Shown piece by piece: positions 39,581 to 47,555 of a stretch of 64,000 nucleotides of DNA. Position numbers and translations under genes: made by a program. Under the pieces are notes generated by a model. That model made no database searches, was not told the origin of the DNA, and saw only the letters and a list, made by a program, of their open reading frames with translations. Source of the DNA: Terriglobia bacterium (GTDB lineage Bacteria > Acidobacteriota > Terriglobia > UBA7540); NCBI GenBank assembly GCA_035501695.1, contig DATJVT010000240.1:1389-65388 (forward strand), read 5' to 3'. Numbering within the stretch: position 1 is the first letter of the stretch; every line of letters starts with the position of its first letter.

Positions 39581-39605
39581 GATGATTTGGTCGCCCTTGT
39601 CCTTG

Positions 39606-40082
39606 TCAGATCTTGTTCCAGTACCACAAGCTGTAGCCGGTGGCGCGGTCCAGGGGAAGTTTGGCGACTTTGAGGTGCAGCAGAATCTGGCCGCGATGGT
39701 GAGCTTCATGGGCAAGCGCGTAGGCAAGGAAACCCAGGGGGCCGAGCTTGGTCCCTTTGATGCTGCCGGTGCGCTCTGCTTCGGCAAATAATTCCCCCAT
39801 CGCCTGACCGGAGGCGACAAGTGCGCGCCTCAACGTCTCCCGGTCGGTTGTCCCTCCCGGGATCTTTTGGAAAGTCTTTGCCAGAGCCAGGGCACGGCGT
39901 TCGAGCCAATAAAATCGCGCCATGTGCAGATGCACGAAATAACTTGTCACCGTCTTTCCCCGAGGGAGGATTACCGTGGCAAGTTGCTCGTCCGTGAGCG
40001 CGTCGAGCAAACGGAGGTTGACGCGATTGTTCAGGTGCCAGGTGTCGGCGAGAGGATAGTGTCCCCCAGATGAGTTCGTCAT
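39606..40082 (-). CDS. DinB family protein
   Basis: 158 aa, four-helix-bundle pattern with a His triad context (…YFVHLHMARF…, …ALAHEAHHRGQI…). Confidence 0.7.
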   Translation of the reverse strand: MTNSSGGHYPLADTWHLNNRVNLRLLDALTDEQLATVILPRGKTVTSYFVHLHMARFYWLERRALALAKTFQKIPGGTTDRETLRRALVASGQAMGELFAEAERTGSIKGTKLGPLGFLAYALAHEAHHRGQILLHLKVAKLPLDRATGYSLWYWNKI

Positions 40083-40251
40083 AAGACTCCCCCTTAAGGT
40101 GGATGCCCTGGAATCAGAGTACCACGTTTCACTCGGATTCTTTTTAATTGACTATGGCCTATGGCAGGTGCAAAATTTCCCTTGGGGTTGCCAGGGAAAA
40201 AATCCAGGTTTGCGGAGTCGCGTGTCTCCGGCTCGCAGCCGAGACAATATT

Positions 40252-40692
40252 ATGCGCGGAAAGAAGTGGAAATTCGGCATCGGCATCGGCATTATCCTTG
40301 CCGTAGTTGCCTGGGAAGGTATTTCCGGGTTCCAGGAAAGCAAAACCTACTACGTCACGGTAAATGAACTCACCCAGGCGCAAAAGTCGCGCCGCCACAT
40401 CCGAGTCGGTGGAGTGGTCGCGTCGGGGACCATCCAGCGACACGCGGGACAGATAAGCTTCAGGCTCGCCCAGGACGCACTCTCGATCCCAGTAACCTAC
40501 GTGGGCACTGACACCCTGCCCGATACCTTCAAAGACGGCGCGCAGGCGATTGTGGACGGCGATTACCTCGCGAACGGCGAGTTCCGCGCCGATAAAATCC
40601 AGGCCAAATGTGCTTCCAAATACCAGGCTGCCCCTGGTTCTCGGGGCGCCGGTATGAAGGGGCCGGTGGCCACGCTTAGCGGGGCAAGATAA
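40252..40692 (+). CDS. ccmE: Cytochrome c maturation heme chaperone CcmE, Cys-type (CxxxY) variant
   Basis: ATG 40252 gives MRGKKWKFGIGIGIILAVVAW (a TM anchor), followed by an OB-fold (…IRVGGVVASGTIQR…). The heme-binding stretch reads ADKIQAKCASKYQ, versus E. coli ...LAKHDENY. Confidence 0.85.
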   Translation: MRGKKWKFGIGIGIILAVVAWEGISGFQESKTYYVTVNELTQAQKSRRHIRVGGVVASGTIQRHAGQISFRLAQDALSIPVTYVGTDTLPDTFKDGAQAIVDGDYLANGEFRADKIQAKCASKYQAAPGSRGAGMKGPVATLSGAR

Positions 40693-40828
40693 ACCTGTAA
40701 CGCAGGGTCGTACAGCCACATCCAAACATTAGGACCGGGTGCTCCTCAGCCCTGCTGCCGAATGCGCTTCGGCCCCAAGTCAAACCGCAGATTCCAGTTC
40801 AGCAGAAAGCGCCTTTCAGGGAGTATTT

Positions 40829-42853
40829 ATGAACCAAGTTGGCACCGTCGGCCTCATTGCCGCCCTGGCTTTTGGCGTTTTTGCGCTGGTGGCGGGAGCT
40901 GTGGGGGGACTTCTGCGCAGCCCGCGGATCACGCGGAGCGCCGAGCGGTCGGCGTTGGGCTTTTTTGCCATGATCACCCTGGCGGTGGTGGCGCTGGAGT
41001 ACATGATCCTCACCAATGACTTCCACAACGCCTACGTGGCTGAGCACTCCAACCGCGACCTGCTGACTTACTATAAAGTTGCCGCTCTGTGGGCGGGGCA
41101 GGAAGGGTCCCTTCTCTTCTGGACATGGCTGCTGTCGATTTACAGCGCCCTGGTGGTCTGGCAGAACCGCTCCAAGAACCGGCAATTGATGCCCTACGTA
41201 GTCGCCGTACTGATGGGAACGGGCACGTTCTTTTCACTTCTGGTTTTCTTTGTGGCAAACCCCTTCCACGAACTCTCCGTGGTCTCCATTGCCGGCACCC
41301 AACCTTACGCCGCGCCGGATGGCAACGGGTTGAACCCGCTCCTTCAGTACCATCCCATGGTGATCCATCCGCCCATGCTTTACCTTGGGTACGTGGGGAT
41401 GATCGTACCGTTTGCGTTCGCCATGGCGGCGCTGATCACCAGGCAACTCGGGGATAACTGGATTCGTATCACGCGCCGATGGACGATGGTCCCATGGATG
41501 CTCCTCGGATGTGGGATCCTGCTGGGCGGCAACTGGGCGTATGCCGTCCTGGGATGGGGCGGCTACTGGGCATGGGACCCGGTGGAGAACGCATCGCTGC
41601 TACCCTGGCTGTCGGGTACAGCCTTTCTGCACTCGGTCATGATCCAGGAGAAGCGCGGAATGCTAAAGGTCTGGAACGTCTCATTGGTAATCCTGACGTT
41701 CTTCCTGAGTATCTTCGGCACTTTCCTCACGCGCAGCGGAATTGTCTCTTCCGTGCATGCGTTTGCGCAATCGAACATCGGCCCGTTCTTCGCGGTCTTC
41801 CTGGCCATCATTCTGTTCTTCTCTGTCACACTGCTCTTCCTGCGCCTCGACCACTTGAAGAGTGAAAACAAGCTGGACTCCATGGTCTCGCGGGAAAGCG
41901 GGTTCCTTTTCAACAATTGGATCCTGCTCGCCCTGGTGTTCACGGTCTTCTGGGGTACGCTCTTCCCGGTAATTTCAAAGGCGGTGCAGAATGTTACGGT
42001 GACTGTAGGCGCGCCATTCTTCAACAAAGTGGCCATTCCCATGGGCCTGCTGCTTCTACTGTTGACGGGCGCCGGGCCTTTGTTAGCCTGGCGGAAAACT
42101 TCCTTTCAGAGCCTGAAGGCAAACTTCACCTTGCCCCTCGCCGTGGCGCTGGTGGGGGGAATCGTTCTATTTGCAGCGGGGGTGCGGCAGTTGTACGCGT
42201 GGATGACGCTCTTCCTCTCCATCTTTGTCGCGGTTTGCATTCTGGGAGAATTCTGGAAAGGCGCCCGCACCCGCATGCGCGCGGCGAAAGAGAACTTCCT
42301 CGAGGCCGTCTACAATTTGACGATGCGCAATACCAGGCGGTACGGGGGGTACATCGTTCATATCGGGATCGTCCTGCTTTTCGTCGGTTTTGCCGGACAA
42401 GCCTTTAAAGCCGACACGAAAGGATTAATGCAGGAAGGCGATATCCTGACGATAAAGGACTATATGCTGCGCTGCGATGGATTGGTGAGCGGCGACAACC
42501 CCAACTACGAGTACACACGCGCCCTGATCACCGTGACAAAAAAGGGCGAGGCTTTTGCCGAAATGCACCCGGAAAAGCGGTTCTACAAGGCCAGCCAGCA
42601 GCCCACCAGTTACGTGGCCATCCACCCCACACTGGCGGAAGATGTTTACGTGGTGTTGGCAGGAATGGATTCTGAGACGAACAAGGCCATCATCCAGGTA
42701 TTCATCAACCCCCTGGTGATGTGGGTGTGGATCGGCGGTTTTGTGTTCATGCTGGGCACCCTAATGGCGATGGTCCCGAGCCGCGTGGAACGCGAGATGG
42801 CAGACATGCGGCAAGCGCAGGAGCTGGCCGTGCGGGCAGGGGAAGGTTTTTGA
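40829..42853 (+). CDS. ccmF: Cytochrome c heme lyase subunit CcmF
   Basis: ATG 40829. Polytopic protein with the WWD-type motif WGGYWAWDPVENASLLPWL. Confidence 0.9.
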   Translation: MNQVGTVGLIAALAFGVFALVAGAVGGLLRSPRITRSAERSALGFFAMITLAVVALEYMILTNDFHNAYVAEHSNRDLLTYYKVAALWAGQEGSLLFWTWLLSIYSALVVWQNRSKNRQLMPYVVAVLMGTGTFFSLLVFFVANPFHELSVVSIAGTQPYAAPDGNGLNPLLQYHPMVIHPPMLYLGYVGMIVPFAFAMAALITRQLGDNWIRITRRWTMVPWMLLGCGILLGGNWAYAVLGWGGYWAWDPVENASLLPWLSGTAFLHSVMIQEKRGMLKVWNVSLVILTFFLSIFGTFLTRSGIVSSVHAFAQSNIGPFFAVFLAIILFFSVTLLFLRLDHLKSENKLDSMVSRESGFLFNNWILLALVFTVFWGTLFPVISKAVQNVTVTVGAPFFNKVAIPMGLLLLLLTGAGPLLAWRKTSFQSLKANFTLPLAVALVGGIVLFAAGVRQLYAWMTLFLSIFVAVCILGEFWKGARTRMRAAKENFLEAVYNLTMRNTRRYGGYIVHIGIVLLFVGFAGQAFKADTKGLMQEGDILTIKDYMLRCDGLVSGDNPNYEYTRALITVTKKGEAFAEMHPEKRFYKASQQPTSYVAIHPTLAEDVYVVLAGMDSETNKAIIQVFINPLVMWVWIGGFVFMLGTLMAMVPSRVEREMADMRQAQELAVRAGEGF

Positions 42854-42858
42854 AGTAC

Positions 42859-43020
42859 GGTGATGAGTGGTGAGAGATGAGTGGCGGGCGAAAAATCTCC
42901 GTGGCCAGTATCATCAGCCCTGCGTCCACCGCCGGGCACCGGGGGAAATTGCGTTCGGGCTTCACAGTCCGGCCTGCGGTCGGCAGGGCTGCTCGTCACT
43001 CTTCAGTCGTCACTCGTCAC
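42859..43020 (+). repeat. Heptamer-arm hairpin element E8 (GTGATGA/GTGGTGA/GAGATGA/GTGGCGG versus GCTCGTC/ACTCTTC/AGTCGTC/ACTCGTC; ccmF-ccmH spacer)
   Basis: Arms at 42860-42889 and 42991-43020 pair over 30 positions: 22 Watson-Crick, 5 G:U and 3 mismatches when read as plus-strand RNA. The centre is about 100 nt and unique. Confidence 0.8.
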
Positions 43021-43026
43021 TTTTGG

Positions 43027-43485
43027 TTGAGTTCGTTGCTCATTTCCCTTTTCGCCGCATCGGTTGCGTTCGGCGACAACCGCACCAAGCCGACCTTGGA
43101 AAGCCTCGGGAATCAGTTAATGTGCAAGTGCGGCTGCGTGGCTCCTCTGAACCAATGTCCGCACTTTGATTGCGCCGAAAAGGCCGAGATGCAAGCTTTC
43201 CTGAAGAAGGAAATCGCGGAAGGCAAGGGGGAGGCCGTCATTCTCCAGGATGTGGCGCAACGTTACGGACTTCAGGTATTGACAGCGCCTCCCGCCCGGG
43301 GTTTCAACTTGACGGTCTGGGTCTTGCCCAGCATCGGTCTTCTAACAGGCCTGGGGATTGTGGTGGTCGTCGTCCGGCGCTGGCGGCATAAGCCAGCTCT
43401 GGACACGGCTCCCGGCTCAACAGGCGATGACCCCAAGCTAATTCGCGCGGTGGAAGAGGAAATGAAGTCCATGAGGATGGGATAA
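43027..43485 (+). CDS. ccmH: CcmH/NrfF-family cytochrome c maturation protein with atypical Cys motif
   Basis: Family pattern ...RYGLQVLTAPPARGFNLTVWVLP..., followed by a TM helix. The Cys region LMCKCGCVAPLNQCPHFDC replaces the canonical LRCPxCQ. TTG 43027 starts the signal peptide LSSLLISLFAASVAFG; the track start ATG 42877 would translate through repeat E8. Confidence 0.7.
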   Translation: MSSLLISLFAASVAFGDNRTKPTLESLGNQLMCKCGCVAPLNQCPHFDCAEKAEMQAFLKKEIAEGKGEAVILQDVAQRYGLQVLTAPPARGFNLTVWVLPSIGLLTGLGIVVVVVRRWRHKPALDTAPGSTGDDPKLIRAVEEEMKSMRMG

Positions 43486-43490
43486 GCGCG

Positions 43491-43943
43491 ATGCTACTCA
43501 GTATCGCAACTATGATTGCGGTGGGCATGGCGGTTTACATTATCACCCCGCTGCTGACCGCGGAAACCGACTCGGGCCCGCTGCCCGTGGACGTAACCTT
43601 GCACGGTGACCTCAAGCGCCGGCGGCTGGTGGTGTACGACAATCTGAAGGACCTGGAGTTTGAGTTCCAGTCCGGCAAGATCGCGCGCGAAGACTATGAA
43701 GGGCTGCGCCGTAACTATCTGGGCGAGGCGGCTGGGTTAATGGCTGCAACCCAGCAGGCCGAACTCGTCAAAGAGGACGATGCGCTGATCGAACGCGAAA
43801 TTGCCAACCGGCGGGCGACACGCCAAACGCGGCCAGATATTGATTACAAATGCCCTGCCTGCGGCTATGAGAATCCAGTCCCGGTGAAATTCTGTGGTGA
43901 GTGCGGCGCGCCCCTGGCTTCCCCGGCAAGGAAGCGAGTGTAG
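43491..43943 (+). CDS. CcmI-N-terminal-like membrane protein with C-terminal zinc ribbon
   Basis: 150 aa with an N-terminal TM helix, the motif DLEFEFQSGKIAREDYEGLRRNY (CcmI/CycH-like) and CPACGYENPVPVKFCGECGAPL. Confidence 0.6.
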   Translation: MLLSIATMIAVGMAVYIITPLLTAETDSGPLPVDVTLHGDLKRRRLVVYDNLKDLEFEFQSGKIAREDYEGLRRNYLGEAAGLMAATQQAELVKEDDALIEREIANRRATRQTRPDIDYKCPACGYENPVPVKFCGECGAPLASPARKRV

Positions 43944-43990
43944 CGCCTGCCGGCTCTGCAGCCCTGTGGTAACAGTTATCATCGGCTAGT

Positions 43991-45268
43991 ATGTACAGAG
44001 AACCCATTCCATCCAAATTGCTCACCCTCGCAGTGGCATCTATGTGGCTGCTTGCTTCATGGAGCCATATCATCGCCGCCGGTGCGGAAATCTCAGGGCA
44101 GATAACCAACGGCACAACGGGCAGCCAAGTGGCGAACCAAACCCTTCAACTCCTGATGCCCCGCGGCGGGATGCAGCAAGTTGCCACTGCGGTTACGGAT
44201 GCGAGTGGGCATTTCGCGATCGCCTCGGCTGACCTGGCCGCCGATTCGTTTTACCTCCTTCAGGCAACCTATCAGGATGTGAATTACCACGCGCCGGTGA
44301 AGTTCGACGACCGAGGCCAGGCCCACGTCGACATCACCGTCTATGAGGCCACCCATAACGCGCCAACCCTGGGGATTAAATCCGCCCGCATTGTGGTGCG
44401 CGCGGACGGGAGCAAAGTTCACGTGCAGGAAATGTTCGCCATCCAGAACTCCTCCTCCCCGCCGCGTAGCTACGTTAATCCCGATGGCACATTCCTGATT
44501 CACCTTTCCAAGACTGCCGGAGAGCCCACGGGTTCCGTGGCCGGTTTGATGAACATGACCTTGCCCCAGCCTGTGAACCCCGGCAAAGAGCCGGGCGACT
44601 ACCATATTCAATATCCCCTTAAGCCAGGCCTGACCGTGATGATGGTGACGTACGACGCGGATTACAGTTCCTACAAGCTGGACCTTGCAGATTCCGTCGC
44701 CTACCCCATCGATAACGCCGATTTGTTGGTCTTACCTCCCAACCTTGCAGTGGATTCCGCCTTGTTCAAATTTGCCGGTTCCGACGCGGACACAGGGGCT
44801 CAAAGGTACGTGGCGTCAAATCTTCCTGCCCAAGCCAGGTTCGGTGCCAGCGTTAGCGGGGAAGCTGTGGCCGCATCCGTCTCGCCCAATCAATCTGGAA
44901 ATCCGGACGCCGACCAGGGCGGGGCGGAAGTGAAGTCCGTTCCCAATTCCATGGAACGGATGGGCGGTCTTCTGTTGGCGTGCTTTCTGCTGGCCCTGGT
45001 GTGGGGATTGGGCGTGCGAGTGGCGAAGGAATGGCCCGAATGGAAGGCCCGCGAAACCGCCGGCCAGAAGCAAAAGGCGCTGCGTGCCGAGGTTGAGAAG
45101 TTGCTGAATTCAATTGCCGATCTTGACGAACTGTTCGCCGGCGGCAAAATCGCCGAGCAACCCTATTGGAAAGAACGGCTGGAAATGAAGGCTCGCTTGG
45201 TGGCAGCGCTCAAGAAAGCTCCACCCAAACTGCTCGAATCCTATGCCATCCGACAGACCCCACGTTAA
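43991..45268 (+). CDS. Hypothetical secreted/membrane-anchored protein (carboxypeptidase-regulatory-like N-domain; C-terminal TM plus CcmI-like GKI..E.Y helix)
   Basis: 425 aa with a signal peptide, ISGQITNGTTGSQVANQTLQLL...TDASGHFAI, a late TM helix GGLLLACFLLALVWGLGV, and then LDELFAGGKIAEQPYWKERLE. Confidence 0.55.
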   Translation: MYREPIPSKLLTLAVASMWLLASWSHIIAAGAEISGQITNGTTGSQVANQTLQLLMPRGGMQQVATAVTDASGHFAIASADLAADSFYLLQATYQDVNYHAPVKFDDRGQAHVDITVYEATHNAPTLGIKSARIVVRADGSKVHVQEMFAIQNSSSPPRSYVNPDGTFLIHLSKTAGEPTGSVAGLMNMTLPQPVNPGKEPGDYHIQYPLKPGLTVMMVTYDADYSSYKLDLADSVAYPIDNADLLVLPPNLAVDSALFKFAGSDADTGAQRYVASNLPAQARFGASVSGEAVAASVSPNQSGNPDADQGGAEVKSVPNSMERMGGLLLACFLLALVWGLGVRVAKEWPEWKARETAGQKQKALRAEVEKLLNSIADLDELFAGGKIAEQPYWKERLEMKARLVAALKKAPPKLLESYAIRQTPR

Positions 45269-45929
45269 CCACGCGCTGGAATTGCGCGATGTCTCCAAAC
45301 AATTCGGGTCTTTTCAAGCGTTGGATAGGGTGTCGCTGCGCGTCGAATTTGGGGACTCGATCCTTCTCTACGGGCCAAACGGAGCAGGCAAAACCACGCT
45401 GTTACGCGTCCTCTCCACCCTGGCCCGGCCGACCGAAGGCAAGGTTCTTTATGACGGCGCCGACGTGCATACTCACCCCGCCGAGGCAAAGGCCGCCATA
45501 GGATTCGTCTCCCACACCACATTTCTATATGGCGATCTTACCATTCGCGAAAACCTGGAATTCGCAGGGAAGCTCTTCGCCTTAAGCAATCTCGAGCAGC
45601 GCGTCGCCGACGTGGTGGAGATGTTCCGGCTTCGCGACCGGACGGATACGCACGCGCGTGAACTCTCCCGCGGTTACCAGCAGCGCGTCTCCCTGGCGCG
45701 GGCGTTTTTGCACGGCCCGCAGTTTCTCCTGCTCGACGAGCCTTTTACCGGGCTCGACGCGGCCTCAGCCGAGTCCCTGCAAGAACTTCTCCGCGGCCTG
45801 CAAGCCCAGGGCAAGGCTTTGATTTTCTCTACTCACGATTTTAGGCAGGGCAAAGCCATCGCCCAGCGGCTAGTCGCCTTGGAGGGTGGTCGAGTGAAGT
45901 ACGACGGGCCGATGAAGGGAACGGGTTAA
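45243..45929 (+). CDS. ccmA: Heme exporter ATP-binding protein CcmA
   Basis: 228 aa with Walker A GPNGAGKTT, the signature LSRGYQQR and Walker B LLLDEP. It precedes ccmB-ccmC. Confidence 0.85.
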   Translation: MPSDRPHVNHALELRDVSKQFGSFQALDRVSLRVEFGDSILLYGPNGAGKTTLLRVLSTLARPTEGKVLYDGADVHTHPAEAKAAIGFVSHTTFLYGDLTIRENLEFAGKLFALSNLEQRVADVVEMFRLRDRTDTHARELSRGYQQRVSLARAFLHGPQFLLLDEPFTGLDAASAESLQELLRGLQAQGKALIFSTHDFRQGKAIAQRLVALEGGRVKYDGPMKGTG

Positions 45930-46020
45930 GGGATACGGGGTACGGGAAAGAAACCGTAGCGCGACCGGTTCTTTAGGTTCGCTACTATTCTGGCTCCTGA
46001 CTTCTGACTCCTGACTCCTT
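45917..46020 (+). repeat. Heptamer arrays E9 (GGGAACG/GGTTAAG/GGATACG/GGGTACG versus CTCCTGA/CTTCTGA/CTCCTGA/CTCCTT; ccmA-ccmB spacer)
   Basis: The left array spans the ccmA stop codon (45927-45929). The right array ends 1 nt before the ccmB ATG. The arms are only patchily complementary (GGG:CUC/UCC every 7 nt). The centre has a GTAGCG...CGCTAC stem. Confidence 0.6.
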
Positions 46021-46698
46021 ATGCGTACATTTCAAGTCATCGCCGCGATCTTCATGAAGGACCTGCGTGTCGAGTGGCGGCACCGCGAGACGCTGGCGTC
46101 GATGTGCATCTTCGGCATCCTGGTGGTGTTTCTCTTCAACTTCGCCTTCGAACCGGCGCGGGAAGAGACGCTGCGCCTGCTGCCCGGGCTCCTGTGGATT
46201 GCCTTTGCCTTTGCCGGAGTGTTGGGCTTCAACCGATCCTTTGCGGCGGAGCGTGAAAATGCGGGCTTGGAGGGCATGCGTTTGGCTCCCGTCGACCCCG
46301 GCGCGATTTACCTCGGCAAAATGCTTGCGAACCTGTTCTTCTTGGGGATCGCCGAGGTTGTGATCGTTTTTGCCGCCAGCCTCTGGTATAACTTCTCTTT
46401 CATCCCGGCGCTGGGCTGGTTTGCGCTTACAACATTTTTCTGCACGCTGGGGTATGCAGCCGTCGGTACCACCTTTGGGGCCGTAGCTGCCAACACCCGC
46501 ATGCGCGAGGTCATGCTTCCTGTGCTCCAGTTCCCCGTGGCCGTTCCGATCTTCATTGCCGGGGTTGAAGCCTCCACCCGAGCGCTGAAGGACGACCCCG
46601 TCAGCGATTACGCCGGCTGGATTAAATTGGCGGCAGGGTTCAGCGTTATCTTTGTGGTGTTGTCGTATCTGCTGTTTGAGTATGTTTTGGAGGAATAG
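46021..46698 (+). CDS. ccmB: Heme exporter protein CcmB
   Basis: 225-aa six-TM protein positioned between ccmA and ccmC. Confidence 0.85.
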   Translation: MRTFQVIAAIFMKDLRVEWRHRETLASMCIFGILVVFLFNFAFEPAREETLRLLPGLLWIAFAFAGVLGFNRSFAAERENAGLEGMRLAPVDPGAIYLGKMLANLFFLGIAEVVIVFAASLWYNFSFIPALGWFALTTFFCTLGYAAVGTTFGAVAANTRMREVMLPVLQFPVAVPIFIAGVEASTRALKDDPVSDYAGWIKLAAGFSVIFVVLSYLLFEYVLEE

Positions 46699-46852
46699 TC
46701 GTTTGTCACTGGTCATTTGTCCGTTGTCAGTTGTCAGTTGAGCCTCACCTTCCAAGCCGGGATACTCGGTCGTAGGTGCGCGCGGCCAAGCAATCAAATC
46801 CGATGCAGGGCAACGGACCACTGACAACGGACCAAGGACAAATGACTAAGGA
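46698..46852 (+). repeat. Heptamer-arm hairpin element E10 (six GTCnnTT units versus six CnAnGGA/TGA units; ccmB-ccmC spacer)
   Basis: Left arm: GTCGTTT/GTCACTG/GTCATTT/GTCCGTT/GTCAGTT/GTCAGTT (46698-46739). Right arm: CAACGGA/CCACTGA/CAACGGA/CCAAGGA/CAAATGA/CTAAGGA (46811-46852). Perfect helices GTCATTTGTCC:GGACAAATGAC (11 bp) and GTTGTCAG:CTGACAAC (8 bp). Confidence 0.85.
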
Positions 46853-46858
46853 CGATTT

Positions 46859-47554
46859 ATGAAGAAAACCATCCCTCCCACACTTCATTTAGTCGTGACG
46901 CTGGCGTGTTTGCTGCTGGCCTATTATCTGATCTTCTTCTACGCGCCTCAGGAAGCCACCATGGGTGAAGTGCAACGGATTTTCTATATCCACGTGTCGT
47001 CCGCGTGGACGGCCATGGTGGCGTACTTCTGCATATTTCTCGGGAGCGTCGCTTACCTGTGGAAGCGGCAAGACTCCGCCGACGCATTCGCTCATGGCGC
47101 GGCGGAAGTGGGCTTTGTGTTCTGTACCGGCGTGCTGGTCACGGGCCCGCTGTGGGCCAAGCCAGTCTGGGGCATCTGGTGGACATGGGATGCGCGCCTG
47201 ACGCTCACCTTTGTATTGTGGCTTCTGTTCGTCGCCTATCTCATGTTGCGGAGTTACGTCGTCAACCCCGGACGGGCGTCGGTTTTGGCGGCAGTGGTGG
47301 GCATTATGGGATTTGTGGATGTGCCCATTGACTACATGGCCATTCGCTGGTGGAGAACCCAGCATCCCCAACCGGTGATTGCAGGCGGCGAGGGTTCCGG
47401 CCTGGACCCCCGCATGTGGGTGACCCTCTTCGTGACCTGGGGGGCTTTCCTTTGCCTCTTCTCGTACTTGCTACGGCAATATATGCGGCTGGCTGCCCTG
47501 CGCCGCGTAGTTGGGCGACTTCAACGCCGGTTGAATTCCTCTCAAGGGGTATAG
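46859..47554 (+). CDS. ccmC: Heme exporter protein CcmC
   Basis: 231 aa with the WWD motif WGIWWTWDARLT. Confidence 0.9.
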   Translation: MKKTIPPTLHLVVTLACLLLAYYLIFFYAPQEATMGEVQRIFYIHVSSAWTAMVAYFCIFLGSVAYLWKRQDSADAFAHGAAEVGFVFCTGVLVTGPLWAKPVWGIWWTWDARLTLTFVLWLLFVAYLMLRSYVVNPGRASVLAAVVGIMGFVDVPIDYMAIRWWRTQHPQPVIAGGEGSGLDPRMWVTLFVTWGAFLCLFSYLLRQYMRLAALRRVVGRLQRRLNSSQGV

Positions 47555-47555
47555 C

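Noticed and set aside
42877-43026. ATG 42877 as the ccmH start (ORF-track call)
   Set aside because: It would translate straight through heptamer element E8 and place about 50 non-homologous residues ahead of the signal peptide. TTG 43027 gives a normal signal peptide. This remains unproven without proteomic data.
45985-46827. 280-aa minus-strand ORF spanning ccmB and two repeat elements
   Set aside because: It is antisense to ccmB. Both of its ends are translations of heptamer arrays (for example ...ESGVRSQEPE), and a period-7 DNA repeat cannot encode a real protein repeat.
46698-46852. Possibility that the short tandem repeats are CRISPR arrays
   Set aside because: The units are 7 nt with no spacers. 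There are only 3-7 copies, they occur as inverted pairs, and no cas genes are present. This is incompatible with CRISPR architecture.
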